This document shows positions 10,181-24,700 of a stretch of 64,000 bases of DNA, one piece after another. The notes beneath the pieces were generated by a model. It ran no database searches and was not told the origin of the DNA. It was given only the letters and a program-made list of their open reading frames with translations. The DNA is from Felis catus (taxonomy: Eukaryota). Numbering within the stretch: the stretch's first letter is position 1; each line of letters begins with the position of its first letter. Position numbers and translations under genes: made by a program. The DNA lies in NCBI RefSeq assembly GCF_018350175.1, contig NC_058373.1, forward strand, positions 114,578,001-114,642,000. Direction: 5' to 3'.

Positions 10181-12129
10181 ATTCCACTCCTTTTAATATG
10201 AAGCCTCTCCACCTTAGCCCGAAGAGTTCATGGGTATGTTTGCTGCTATGAGGTCTAAAGTAGACCATGGGGGACTGAGTTCTAGAACCAGCCGGACTGC
10301 CCTGTGTATATAACATATCTGTCCTGGAACCCATGTGGTGGTGACACATGACACCCAATACCAACCTGGCACACCTCTACAGTCTAGGATTGGGGCTGGA
10401 TTTCTGAGAGAGTGTCTCTTAGAAAAGTGGAGCAGGAGCTCCTGGGGTGCAAGCAGAGATGCAAATTTTAATATCTTTAGTTTCTAGCACAGCGCCTGGC
10501 ACTAAAGGGCTCAGTCCACGATGCAGGGGACTGGGCATGGAGGAAGGGAAAGAGAGAGGAACGTCCTCATCTTCTACCTCCGAGAACAGTGAAAATACAG
10601 AAATCCTTTTGCACAAGGCTGACATGCAGCCAGAATGTGCCAGAATTATTTAAACACTGACACGCTTCCATTCTGGTTGGTTATTAGTCACAGCCCTGAG
10701 TCTCCCCCCGCCTTCAGTGTCCCCAATGCTCTGGCTGCCGCTGCCCTTCCCTGGAGACCTTCACCCTTGACCCTGCCTCAGCCCCTCAAGCTGAAGTTAG
10801 TTCTGTTTGGTCACTGCCCTTGTGTGCCAGCTGCTATGTGGAGTATCCCCCCCCCCCGCCCCACTCATGACACTTCTGTACCTGAATGGGACCATTTAGC
10901 TAAGACCACAGGGGCTGACCTATATGATTTCACAGGCAGAGTGACATCAGGTGACACTTGGCATTCTGGCCCGGGGTTCTCCCATCCGGGGAGTGGCTGC
11001 ACGGGGCTTTTGGGTATGTCACGCTGCCTGTGCTGTTGTGGAAAAATCCTTGACCTTCGAGCCAGAAGACTTGGGTCCTGCTCTGGTTCTGAATATCCTT
11101 GCTGTGCGATCGTAGGCAATTTACCTCACCTCTCTGAACTCCTAAAAAATAATCCCTTGCACAAGGTTGCCAGGGGGCTGAGCACATTGAAAAACTTGGG
11201 AACTCAGTCCCTTGTCTCAAGGTCCTGTGCTAAATCCAGACCTATAAATATAGCAACAGAGGATCTGCCCCCGCCTGCTGGCTCCTGCTGTTCCCAGAAG
11301 TACTCTCAGTCCCTGGTGATGGTTACCAGGATGCTGGGTGTAACCAGGTGCTCCCTTGGCCGAGGAGGGACTTCCCTCCTCCTCAGAGGGCCTGTGGATT
11401 ATAAGCAGGGAAGTGACTGGAGGGGCACTGGCCACATGCCTTTTCTCTGCCCTGCATGGTTCCTGGTGAGGGGGCTCATTGCTGGGGGGGGGTGGTCACC
11501 CCCCCCAAAGACTCATCATCACGTAGACTGTCTAGTCCTTCTCCAGCCCATCCCATCTAACACTCACAGACACCACACCTTCAGGCACACTCGGGAACCC
11601 ATCAACACACTCAGACACACACTTGCATGTTCACATGCACTCACACGTACACCCCTCCCCCCCCACACCTTTGGATGCACACATACATACCCACTCACGT
11701 ACTCCCAAGAACATGTAAAAAATGCAGCACATGAAATAACTTGAGGTTGTTCACACATTTTCAAAAAATTTTAATAGAGATTTATATTAATATAATAGAA
11801 AAAAAATGACAAGACTATCAGCCTAGGAATTTCACAGCAATGACTTTATGACAAAGCTGAAGAAGGTAGGGCAAGATTTCAGTAAAAGGGAATGAGTTGC
11901 TTTAAAGGAAAATGTTGAGTAAACTGGGGCAAAGTTAGAAAAACACGGTAGCAGTGGCCGTGGAGGGCCGGGGGCGCTGCACAGAGCATGTGGGGAGTGT
12001 TAGCCCCTCAAGGTGCAGAAGAGGCACGGCAGGTATGGAGGGAGACTCAGGGATTCTTCTAGAAGGAAAAGGAAACTTATCAGTTTTTCTCTTTTATGGT
12101 TACTGCTTTCTGTGCCCATTCTAAAAAAA

Positions 12130-12790
12130 AATAGTTGCCTACTCCAAGCTTGTGAAGACAGTCTCCTATGTTTTCATCCAGAAGCTTTAGAGTTTTGGCT
12201 TTTAAGTTTAGGTCTGTGATACATATGGCACTAACTTTTGTGTTTGGTATGAGATAGGGGTCAAGGTTCATTTTTCTCTATATGAATAACTTGTTGTTCC
12301 AGAGCAGTTTGCTGATATAACTTCATTTCACCCACCGAATTGCCTTGATGTCTTTTTCAAACTCAATGAACTGTATTTTGTATGGATCTGTTTCTGGACC
12401 CTTCCGTTCCACTGACGTATTTGTTTCGCTTTTGCCAGTACCACACTGTCTTGATCATCATTGTTCTCATCCCAAGTCTTCACATCAGGTAGTGTGGAGT
12501 TCTACAATTATTTTCTTCTTTTTCAAGATTATTTTGGCTATCATAGGTCCGTTGCATTTCTAGAAAAGTTTTAGAATCAGCTTGTCCTGAGGGGACTTTG
12601 CTTAGGATTGCATTGAATCTATGGCGTTGAATTTGAGGAACACTGATGTCTTTACAATATTGATTCAACCCATGAACGGGGCATATCACTCTATTTATTT
12701 TGTTCTTTAATTTCTCTCAGCAAATGTGCTGTCATTTCTAGTGTACGGGTCATGCACGTCTTTCATTTAAATGATTCCCAGGTATTCTAT
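12130..12790 (-). mobile_element. Old L1 ORF2 3' fragments
   Basis: Minus-strand peptides such as NLDPYL.PNTK and TDLNLKAKTLKLLDENIG resemble the L1 ORF2p C-terminus. Confidence 0.85.
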
Positions 12791-13099
12791 GCTATTATAT
12801 ACAATTGTATTAACATACAATATATATAATTCTATATATTAGATGGATGCATTTTTTTAAGTAGTCTCTGTGCCCAACGTGGGGCTCGAATTCACAACCC
12901 TGAAATCTTGAGTCACATGCTCTACGGACTGAGCCAGCTAGGTGCCCCAGACTGTATGCATTTTTAAAATGACATTAAATGGCATCGTGTTGTGGATTTC
13001 ATTCTGCTTCTTAATTTTACTCTCAGTCCTATATTTTAAGATCCAGCCATGTTGCTCTGTCTACAGGTAGCTCATTATTTGCAACCACTGCATTACATT

Positions 13100-13532
13100 T
13101 CTGACCGAAATTCTGCGTTTGCCTCTTCAGAGTTACTCTCCACCTTCCTCCTTCCTGCTCCACGCCTCAGGCTCCCTTGCCCTCTGACTTCCTATTGGAT
13201 TGGCCAACAGGGGGCATGATCAAGAGGTTAGAGGGCGGGAAGAGAGATGTTGGATTAGTCTCTTGGCTCCCACCTTGCTAGTAGTTTGTCAGTAACTGCG
13301 TTCTTCTACCTAAGGTCACAGCTTTTGTCATGTGACCCTCCCTTAAAGCTACAGGTCTGGTTGGTTCAGGTGGCTTTCTCCACTTGTCCCTCTTGTTAGA
13401 TCTTGGTGCTTTACCATTCCTTATTGGTTTCTCTGAACCATGCCCATACCTTGTAAACAGTCTTTTCTTTAAACTATCCTCATTCACTCCTTTTGAGCCT
13501 GCATCTATTTCCTTCGAGGACCCAACTGGTAC
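13100..13532 (+). mobile_element. LTR33-like (ERVL) solo LTR inside an old antisense L1 3' region (~12960-14010)
   Basis: actctccaccttcctcc...ggctcccttgccctctgacttcc...tggccaa...gagggcgggaagagag... ending ...ggtaca. Confidence 0.7.
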
Positions 13533-14571
13533 AATAATTCATGGTGTACATCCACCACATTTTACCTATTCACTCCATTGAGATGGACCCTCAGATGCCT
13601 CTGGTTCTCCACCACCCTTAAACACTACTACACTCAGCAGTTTCATGCAGCTTTATATAAACTTATGCACTAGTTTGAGAATTTATTTAGGATACTTGCC
13701 CAGAACTATGTCCTATAAAGGCTATGCCTCATTTGCCTAGGCACTGTCTGAATATACTTCAGAATAGCAGCTGACCTGTTCACCAGATGTTCATGGGAAT
13801 TCCTGGGATGTTTACCCACATCCACACCAATGCTGGGCACCACCTAGCTTTTTAGTATTGCCAGTTTATTAGGTATGAAGGGAGATATCATTGTTCTCAT
13901 TTGCATTTCTCTGATTACTCATGAGTTTGAACATCTCTTCAGATGCTTTTTAGCCTTTGGACTTCCTCTTTTGCAAATTCCTCATTTATACTCTTTCATC
14001 ATTTTCCTGGAGATCTATTTAAGATGTAAAGCACCATGCAGGGATCAGTGGGCAAACTTGGCCTTTGGGCAGTCTGTTTATAATCTTTATGCTAGGCAGG
14101 GTTTTCCTTGCCCTTTCTCCACTGCTGACTCCCAGTGGATTCCAGTGGGTTTGCTGCCTGACACTCTCCCCTGCTCCTCAGCATTGACCTTACCGGTACA
14201 GTGACTAGCTGAAAACTCACTCTATCTCAGACACTCAGCACTTTTCATCTATAAAATGCAAACTGGCATATAGACCTTAACAAACCAATTTATTCATTTA
14301 AATAAGCTGGACACTAGGCAAACCTCTGGCTTACAGATACATGCCCTTGGGAAGCTCATAGATAAGTATAATCCAGTGAACTCATACTATGAAGCAGTCT
14401 GGGCTAGATACGGGTTGGGGGACAGAGAGGTCATTGTGAGATAAAATATGTGAAATCATTTTGAATAATAAATAGAATTGCTTGCATTTATTAAGCACTT
14501 AGAATGTGCCAGGCACCATGCCAACTGCTTGACGCATATTATTTTGTCTAATCCTTACAACAACCCTATAG

Positions 14572-16075
14572 CAGTGGTTCTTGAGTGTAGTTTGCTGGCC
14601 CCTGGGGATCCCCAAGACCCTTGCAGCAGATCCCTCAAGGTTAGAACTATTTTCATAATATTAAGATGTTATTTGCCTTCTTCACTATGTTGACATTTGC
14701 ATCAATGCACAAAAGCAATGGTGGGCCAAGATGTTGATGTGTTAGTATGAATCAAGACAGCGGCACCAAACTATACTAATGCTCATTGTTTTCCTCACCA
14801 CCATACATTTGCAGATTCCAGTTTCACTGAAGGATGAAGTTTCACTTGATGAAGCAGCAAGAATTATTATCTTATTAAATCTCCCCCTAAGTACTGTCTT
14901 TTGACTATTCTGTGTGACAAAATGGGAAGTACACAGAAAGCACTTCAATCGCCTTCCAAAGCGCAATGGCTGTCTCAAGGAAAAGTACTTGTATTTTTGA
15001 GTTACAAGCTAAATTAGCCACCTTTTTTATGGAACATCATTTTTACTTGAAAGAAAGCCTGACAGACAATCACAGTATTCATGTTTGGATATTTGGCAGA
15101 CATTTTCTCAAAAATAAACAAAATGAGCCTGCCACTTCAAAGAAAACAACAGTATGAAAGAATTTTGGAAAACTTGTATCTGCCACTGTGAACTTGACAG
15201 CTTCCTGATGCTTAAAGACTTCTCTGATGAAATTGGTGGTGATACTAGCCAAGCGATTTTTTGTGTATTGATAACAAATGTGTCAACTTTTAGGAGATTT
15301 GCATATTCAATAAAACTATACTTTCTAAATGACTAATGCACAAAGTTACAAAATCATGCATGGGTAAATGTTCCACTTAAAGTACAAGGTAGACCCATGG
15401 ATTTCAATACGACAGAATATGAAAAGATTTTTGAATAGTTTCAAGTTTCACATTGCAGTTGATGTTAAGAAATTATTGCTTACTGATTTCTGGTATAATG
15501 TCAAAGAAGAATATCCACAATAACTTAAAAAGGCCACTAAAATACTCCTGCCTTTTCCAACTGCTTATTTGCATGAGGTTGGATTGTCTTTATATACTTC
15601 AACCAAACGTACATATCTCAGCAGATTGAATATAGAATAAATAATGAGAATCTAGCTATCTTCTATTAGAAAGATTTGCAAAAATGTAAAAGAATATTAT
15701 TCTTCTCATAAATGTTTTTGTTTTGGAAAGTATACAGAACTTTTAAAATTAAAAATAAGCATATTAACATGCAATAGGTTGGCTATTGTTATTTTTAATT
15801 TTTTTTTTAACGTTTATTTATTGTTGAGACAGAGAGAGACAGAGCATGAACGGGGGAGGGGCAGAGAGAGAGGGAGACACAGAATCGGAAACAGGCTCCA
15901 GGCTCTGAGCCATCAGCCCAGAGCCCGACGTGGGGCTCAAACTCACGGACCGCGAGATCATGACCTGGCTGAAGTCGGATGCTTAACCGACTGAGCCACC
16001 CAGGCGCCCGGCTATTGTTATTTTTAAAGGAATTAATAAATATGTTTTAACTTCTCAGTTTTAATTGTAATATGG

Positions 16076-16112
<37 letters not shown>

Positions 16113-16224
16113 ATATATATAGCTATAAATAATATAGTACAGTTTCAGATAAATAAACACTCAGCTATAACCTGAATAAATAACAGTTCTTTGTGGGCCC
16201 TGAGACCAAGACGTCTAACTGCTG
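14572..16224 (+). mobile_element. Charlie1-type hAT DNA transposon fossil with broken transposase remnants
   Basis: CAGTGG...CTGCTG termini and an 8-bp TSD-like pair CCCTATAG (14564-14571) / CCTTAGAG (16225-16232). Frameshifted transposase-like peptides (ELQAKLATFFMEHHFYLKE; ELDSFLMLKDFSDEIGGD). Sits inside an antisense MIR (~14480-14571 and ~16225-16330). Confidence 0.88.
15799..16009 (-). mobile_element. Young SINEC_Fc inside Charlie1
   Basis: Perfect 18-bp TSD GGCTATTGTTATTTTTAA at 15781-15798 and 16010-16027. Confidence 0.95.
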
Positions 16225-17749
16225 CCTTAGAGTTAGTTATTAACCAAAATCTACAGATGAGGGAACTGAGGTTTAGAGGACACACAGCTCATGGAAAGTA
16301 ACACCAGAATTTAAGCTTTGCTCACCCACCACAGAGGGAGGCTTCGTGATATGTCAGCAAAAAAAGGGAAAGGCTCTCACAGCAGAGAAAGATCTGGAGG
16401 GAGATTCTTGGGCCCAAAGAGCCAACAAGCACATCTGAATTGGGGTGAGGGGTCCACACAAGGAACCAGGGAAAGCCACTCAGAACAGGTGACACCTATT
16501 TGAAAGACAAATGGGATTTTGACAATTCAAAAACTATGAGAGACTCCATGAATCAGTTTGCTTCATCTCAACAAAACCTAGACTTGGGATCAATGAGGAC
16601 AACCTGATGGACTCTGGCTCTTTAAAGGTGTGACATGTTCCAGCCAGTCTGAGTTCAAGAGTCATGCGCCGGGCTGACATGAATTGGGTCCTTCCATTTG
16701 TATAGTCTCTGCAGCTTCCTGATGAAGCACTTCTGCACGTATTATTTCATCTGATCTCTAGAAAAGCTTTTGGGGGGGGGGGGAACTGGGCCAGTGTCAC
16801 TGTTCCCATTTTACAGAAGAGGAAATGGAGGCTTCAAAAGTTTAAGTAAGAAATCGATCATTGTGGTTCGTAAACTCCAGCGTGGAGACTGGTGACTTAT
16901 GAGACAGGGGGCGCGGGGGTGGGAGGAAAATTATTTTTAATGTATATCCTTTTGTGCCTTTTCAGTTTTATACTGTGCCTGGCAAACACATTAATTGGCT
17001 TTTCTAAATTAGGTCAAATATTTTTTCCAAGGTTACAGGGTTAATAAGTGGTAGAACTAGGATTCCAGCTCCAAATGTTGGGTTCCAGAACCACATCTTG
17101 ACCATAATGCTTTCTGCCCTCCTGGAATATGCTATTTTTCCAGATCAAAAAACTATGAAACACAGACATAAATGGAAAACATTTTAATTATTATTAATTC
17201 TAGCACTGGTTAGAGGGCTTTGTTAGAGGCTGAGACTCGGGCCTGTCAGGAGCTTCTATTGTCTAATCAATGATGGGAAGTCAGGCCAGTTAAAAGGGGA
17301 GGGGACACCATCCTTGAACACCAGGAAAGGACAGCTCCTCTTCAGCCCAGTCCTGACCAAACAAAGAAAGCCAGCTCACAGAAAGAGAGGGTGAGAGACA
17401 ACTGACCACTTAGATCTATGGCGAGGGTGCGGTTCACCAACTGACTAGCTGGTCTCTGAATCCAGATTCCCTTCTGTCCTTAAATTAACCACCCTCTGGA
17501 CCTGACTTTTTTTTTTTTTTAAGATTTATTTGCTTAAGTAATGTCTACACCTAGCGTGGGGCCTAAACTCACAACCCCAAGATCAAGAGCTGTATGCTGC
17601 ATCAACTGAGCCAGCCAGAACCCCCCCCCCCCCGGCGGACCCTACTATTTTAACTTGTGACAGAGTGAATGGGTTTCTGCTCCTGGAAACTACCCCAGTC
17701 CTGACTGAGTCCCTGCATTAGGCACCTGCTGGGTCATTCACTTGGCTCT

Positions 17750-18460
17750 CACACTTGATATGCTTCTCTGGCTGGGATTATTGCCACAGGCTCCCAGCTG
17801 GTCTTCCTATTACAGGCCTTGCCCCTTTGTTCATTCTCCATGCAGCAGCACACACAGAGGATGTTGCTAAAATGTCAGCCAGATCATGTCATCCCTTTGC
17901 ACAAAATGCTCTAGTGGTTCCATCTCACTCAGAGCAAAGGCCAAAACCCTTCTTATAGCCTGTAGGACCCCGAACAATTAGTTTGACTCCTCTGACTTCA
18001 TCTCCTACCACCCCTCCAACACTCAACAACAGCCACATAGGCCTCCTTACTCTTTGAACACTGGCCATACTCCTGCCTCAGGGTCTTTACACTTGCTGGT
18101 CCCTCTGGCTGGACACCTCTTAGAGATCTGTGTGACTCACTCTCTCATCTCCTTAATCTTTACTAAAGCATCATCTTTTCAGTGAGGCTTTCTAGAACTA
18201 CCCTGTTTGAAAATTGAAACTCCCAACATTCTAAATATCTTTACTTGCTTTATTTTCTTAATGAAGCACAGAGAATCATGAAACATACCATATATTTGAC
18301 TTCTGTTGTGTATTCATTCTAAGTCTTCCTTTACTATCACATAAGATCTATGAAAATGGAGCTTTTTATCTGTTCTCGTCTTTGATGTACCTTAATTATC
18401 TAAAACAGTGACTGCTATATAATGTGTGCTCAATAATGTATGTTAAATTAATGAATCATC
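17750..18460 (+). mobile_element. L2 3' region
   Basis: ctgggattattgccacaggctccc...agatcatgtcatccc...gtgctcaataatgtatgttaaattaatgaat. Confidence 0.8.
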
Positions 18461-18759
18461 TCATTTACTGTTCACAACAACCAGGAGAGGGAGATCCTGT
18501 CACCTCTCATAACCCATGGTTAAGTGGCTATGTACTTGCTGAATATTCCCAAAGAACTTGGTTTGTCGGATCCGAAACTTTTCCCTACTGATTCCTTCAG
18601 GAAGAGGTAACTATATGTCACCTGGATAGCTCATCATCAACCTATCTTCAGTCATCGACACCTTGGCAAAGATTCACTTATAAACTGTAATTCAACTTAT
18701 TGAATTTTTTTTGTACTTCTACCATATGGATAAGCTAAGAGCTGTGGGGACTCCCAAAA

Positions 18760-21700
18760 TGAAGCAAAAACATATAGCTAATGAGGCAATAGAGGAGATA
18801 GTATTGAATCATAATAATATTCAGTCAGAAATAAAGCAGGAAAATGAACAAAACAAGGTAGAAAACAAGGGTGCCTGACTGGTTCATTCACTAGAGCATG
18901 TAACTCTTGATCTTAGAGTGTAAGTTTGAGCCCCATATTCAGTGTAGAGATTACATAAAAATAAAATCTTTAAAAGAAAAAAAAAGAGAAAGGGAAAGTA
19001 GAAAACATGTAATAAGATGGTACACTTAACCCTAAACATATTGATATTTACATTAAGTGTAAGTAGTCTAAATATTCCACTTAAAATGCAGAGATTATCA
19101 TTTTACTGAAAAAGAGGAAGAAATCAACTTTATTATTTTTATTTTTATATTTTTAGTTTATTTATTTTTAGAGAGAGAGAGAGAGAGCAGGGGAAAGGCA
19201 GAGAGAGAGAGAGAAAGGGAGAGAGAATCCCAAGCAGGCTCCACACCACTAGTGCAGAGCCTAACATGAAGCTTGAACTTACAAACCACAAGATAACCTG
19301 AGCTAAAACCAAGAGTTGGACACTTAACCAACTGAGCCACCCCGGTAGCCCTCAACTTTATTTTTTTTAAGCTTATTTTTTTTTAGTAATCTCTATACCC
19401 AATGTGGGGCTTGAACATATAACCCTAAGATCAAGAGTTGGATGCTAAACCAGGCAGGCACCCCTAGAAATCTACTTTAAAGATAAAGATATACATACAT
19501 TAAAAATGAAAAAGTGGGGACACTTGAGAGGCTCAGTCAGTTAAGCATCCAACTTTGCTCAGGTCATGATCTCACGGTTCATGGGTTCAAGCCCCGTGTT
19601 GAGCTCTGTGCTGACAGCTCAGAGCCTGGAGTCTGCTTCAGATTCTGTGTCTCCCTCCCTTTCAGCCCTTCCCTGCTTGTGCTCTGTCTCTCTCTCTCAA
19701 AAATAAATAAACATTAAAAAAAATTTTAAGAAAAAGTGAAAAGTGGGAAAAGACATACCTTGCAAACACCAATCAAAATACAGCTGGATTATGAAGATGG
19801 TTTTATGGGTATAAACATACGTCAAAACTTATAACCAAATTGCATATTCTAAATATTTGCAATTTACTATATGTCAATTATACCTCAACAAAGCATTAAA
19901 TTAAAGTAAGACTTCAAAAAGAATGAATACTGTAGCATTTTTTAAAAAGTAAGCTCTATGCCCAGCATGGGGCTTGAACTCATGAACCTTCAAGATCAAG
20001 AGTCACTGACTGACTGAGCCAGCCAGGCACCCTGAAGCAATTATTTTAATATCAGACAAAGTAGACTTTAGAATAACATTACCAGGGATAAAGCAGGACA
20101 TTTCAAAATGATAAAGTATCAGTTCATCAAGAAGATATAACAATCCTAAACATATATACCTAAAACTAGAGCTTTAAAACATATCAAAAGATAAAACAAA
20201 TTAAAGGAGAAATCAGAAAATCCATAATTATAGTTAAAAATTTCAATATTTTTATCAGTAATAGAATAAACAAAAAAATTAGAATATAGAATAACTTGAT
20301 CTAATTGATATTTATAATACACTCCACTTGAGAGCAGCATTATATAAGTTCCTTTACAGTGCACATGAAACAGTCAACAAAATAGAGCACTTTACCTTTG
20401 AATAAAGGTAAAGTGACTGAACTCATTCAGAATATATTCTCTGACCACAAGAGATTTCAACTAAAAACCAATGAGAAAGATTTCTGGGAAATTTTTCAAA
20501 TATTTGGAAATTTTAAAAACACTTTTAAATAACCCACAAGTCAAAACAAAAAAATACCCCACGAAAAATCCAAGGGACATTAGGAAATATTGTGAACTGA
20601 GTGGAAATGTAACATATCAGAATTTGTGGCATATAGCTAATGAAATGCTTAAAACAAAACTTATAGTAGGGTGCCTGGCTGACTCAGTTGATAGAACACA
20701 TGACTCTTGATCTCAGAGTCATGAGTTCCAGCCCCACACTGGGCATACAGTTTACTTGAAAAAAAAAAAAAAAAAGATTTGGATATGTCAATTACATTTC
20801 AAAAAAACTGAAAACAAAGATTTAAAAACCCACAGAACTCATAGCATCAAATGTTTATATTAAAAAATTTTTGTAAAGGTCTCAAATCAATAAAGTTTGT
20901 TACCTTAAGAAGCTAGAAAAAGAAGAGCAGATTGAATTAGCCCAAGTAAAAGGAAGGAAAAATAATAAGGTTGAGATTAATGAATCTGAAAATGGACAAA
21001 CTGAAAGCTGGATCTTCGAGTGGTACCAGGGTGGCTCAGTCGGTTAAGCATCCAACTCTTGATTTCAGCTCAGGTCATGATCTCACAGTTCATGAGTTAG
21101 AGCCCCTGAGTAAGGCTCTGCGCTGGATTTTTTAAAAATGTTTTTTTGTTTTGTTTTGTTTTGTTTTAAGTTTATTTTTTTAATTTATTTTGAGAGAGAG
21201 AGAAAGAGAGAGAGAGCACTCACATGTGCAAGAGCAGAGGAGGGACACAGAGAGAAGGAGAGCAAGAGAATCCCAAGCAGGCTCCACTTGGTTAGTGTGG
21301 AGGCTGATGTGGGGCTCAAACTCAGGAACCCTGAGATCATGACCTGAGCCAAAAACAAGAGTCCAATGCCCAACCAACTGAGTGACCCAGGCACCCCCAG
21401 AATCTTTGAAAAAATGAATAAATTGATAAACATCTAGATTGAGCATGAAAAAAGAAAGGAGACACAAATTATTTCTATTAGAATAAAGACATCAGTGCAG
21501 ATCCTAAACATTAAAAAGAGAATAAGCGATTATTACAAACAACTTTATGTCAATAGGTTTGACAAGTCAGATGCATTGTATAAACTCCTTGAAAGATACA
21601 AAATACCAAAGCTTATTTAGGAAACAATAGAGAATTTGAACAGCTCAATATTACTAAAGAAATTGAATTTGTGGTTTAAAATATTCTTGCTAAAAATAAC

Positions 21701-24700
21701 ATATCCAATAAAGGGTTAGAGAACTGATACAACTCAACACCAAAAAAATCAAATAATCCAGTCTAAAAATGGGCAAAAGACATGAACAGACATTTCTCCA
21801 AAAAAGACATATAGATGGCCAACAGACATGAAAAGATGCTCAATATCACTCACCATCAGAGAGATGTAAATCAAAATCACAATACCACTTCATACTTATC
21901 AGAATGGCTAGAATAAAAAACAAAAGGGGCACCTGGGTGGCTCAGTCAGTTGACTTCAGCTCAGGTCATGATCTCATGTTTGTGAGTCTGAGCCCCACAT
22001 CAGGCTCACTGCAGTCAGCACAGAGCCTGCTTCACCTCCTCTGTCCCCCTTTCTCTCTGCCCCTCCCCCACTCACTCACGTGCATGTGTGCCCTCTCTCT
22101 CTCTCTCTCTCCCCCACTCCCTCTCTCAAAAATAAATAAAACATAAAAGAAAAAAAACACAAGAAACAACATGTGTTGGTGATGATGTGGAGAAAAAAAA
22201 CCCTTAGTGTGCTGTTGGTGAGAATGCAAACTGGTACAGCCACTGTGGAAAACAGTACACAAGTTCCTTAAAAAAATAAAAATAGAACTACCATTTAATC
22301 CAGTAATTCCACTACTGGGTACTTACCCAAAGCATATGATAACACTAATTCAAAAAGATATATGCACCCCTATGTTTATGGCAGCATTATTTACAATATC
22401 CAAACTATGGAAGCAGCCCAAGTGTCCACTGACAGATGAATGGATAAAGAACATGTGACATGTGATACTCACACACAGACAATGGAATTATTACTCATCC
22501 ATAAAAAAGAATGAAATCTGGTCATTTGCAATGATGTGGATGGATCTAGGCAGTGTAATACTAAGCGAAATAAGTCAGTCAGAGAAGGACAAATATCATG
22601 TGATTTCACTCATATGTGGAATTTAAGAAACAAAACAAACAAAGAAAAAAAAGAGACAAATCAAAAAACAGATTCTTAGCTGATGGTTACCAAAGAGAGA
22701 GAATCTTAAGGGCTTGATCCCACAACCCTGGAACCATGACCTGAACTGAAATCAAGAGTTGGACACTGACCCAACTGACTGAGCCACCCAGGCGATCCTG
22801 TAGTAGTTTCTGAATTTTGATACTAAAAGCACAAGCAACCAAAGGGAAAAAATTAAATTAGATTATTATCATCAAAGGACACTATCAAAAAAGTGAAATC
22901 ACAACCCACAGAATGGGATAAAATCTTTCCAAGTCATGTATCTGATAAAGCTCTAGTATCCAGAATACACAAGAAACACAATTCAACAATAAAAAGGCAA
23001 ACAACCCAATTTAAAAGTGGGCAAAGGAGGGGTACCTGGGTGGCTCAGTTGGTTAAGCATCTCTTGATTTCGGCTCATGTCATGATCTCATGGTTCGTGA
23101 GATTGAGCCCTGTGTTGGGCCCTGCATTCACAGTGCAGAGCCTGCTTGAGATTTTCTCTCTTCCTCTCTCCCCCTCCCTTGCTCTTGCACATTTTTCTCT
23201 CTCTCAGAATAAATACACATTTTTTTTAATGCGAAAAGGATTTGAATAGACATTTCTCTAAAGAATATATATTGGAGCGCCTGGGTAGCTCAGTTGGTTA
23301 AGCACTGGACTCTTGGTGTCGGCTAGGATCATGATCTCACATTTTGTGGGTGTGAGCCCCACATCGGGCTCTGCACTGCCAGCACAGGGCCTGCTTGGGA
23401 TTCTCTGTTTCCTTCTCTCTCTGCCCCTCCCCTGCTTGAGTTCGCTCTTTCACACAAAATAAACATTTTTTTAAAAAATTAAAAAAATAAAGAACATATA
23501 TAAATATGGCTAATGTCATTAGTCATTAAGGAAACACAACTCAAAACCACAATGAGATACCACTTCACACGCACTAGTATGACTATCATAAGAAAATGGA
23601 AAATAACAAGTGTTGGCAAGGATATGGAGAATTCAGAAGCCTCATACATTGCTGTTGGGAGTGTAAAATGCTGCAGCCATTTTGAAAAAGAGTATGGCAG
23701 CTCCTCAAGAAGTTAAACAGAGGGACACCCAGGTGGCTCAGTCAGTTAAGCGTCCTACTTCGGCTCAGGTCATGATCTTGTGGTTTGTGAGTTCAAGCCC
23801 TGCATCAGACTCTGGGCTGACAGCTTGGAGCCTGGATCCTCCTTCCGATTCTGTGTCTCCCTCTCTCTCTCTGCCCCTCCCACTCTTGTACTCTGTCTCC
23901 ATCTCTCAGAAATAAATAAACATTAAAATTTTTTTTTAAAAAGTGAAACAGTTCATAAACATATGAATTACCAATTCCACTCCTAGGTATATACCTAAGA
24001 GAAATGAAAATATATGTTCACATAAAACTTGTATATGAACGCTCATAGTGGCATTATTTGTAATAGCCAAAAAATAGAAGTAATCCAAATTTCCATCAAC
24101 TAATGAATGGATAAACAAACGTGGCATATACATACAATGGAATATTATCCAGCAATAAAAATGAAGTACTATTATATGATACACGTGAAAATATTATGCT
24201 AAGTGAAATAAACCAGACACAAAAGGTCATGTATTGTATTATTTCATTTCTATAAAATATCCAGAATAGGCTAATACATACAAATAGAAAGTAGAAGTGA
24301 TTAACAGAGGATGGGGGAAAGAGGGAATTGGGAAGTGTGGAGTTTCTTTTTAGGGTAATAAAAATGTTCTGGAACTAGATAATGGTGATGATTGCACAAT
24401 GTGAATACAGTAAAAACCACTGAATTATATGCTTTAAAATGACTAAAATGGTGAATTTTATGTTACATGGAATTTATCTTAATATAAGAATTTTTTAAAT
24501 TTGTTTTTTAATGTTTATTCATTTATGTTGAGAGATAGAGAGAGAGCACAAGCAGGGGAGGGACAGAAAAAGGGGAGAGAGAGAAAGAATCCCAAGCAGG
24601 CTCCATGCTGCCAGCGCATAGCCCAACACAGGGCTTGAATCCACAGTAAGCTGAGATCATGACCTCAGCCTACTGAGCAACCCAGTTTCCCCTAAAACTT

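Noticed and set aside
11241..11254. TATAAATA as a promoter or MEF2 site
   Set aside because: Does not fit YTA(A/T)4TAR and has no associated CpG island or downstream exon evidence.
10635..11744. 369-aa plus-strand ORF
   Set aside because: No recognisable domain. It runs through a MIR remnant (~11060-11190) and a CA-rich low-complexity tract giving His/Thr runs. Most likely a chance ORF in GC-rich DNA.
14742..15336. Domesticated hAT transposase gene
   Set aside because: Only short frameshifted fragments remain, the element is internally deleted, and a SINE is inserted in it.
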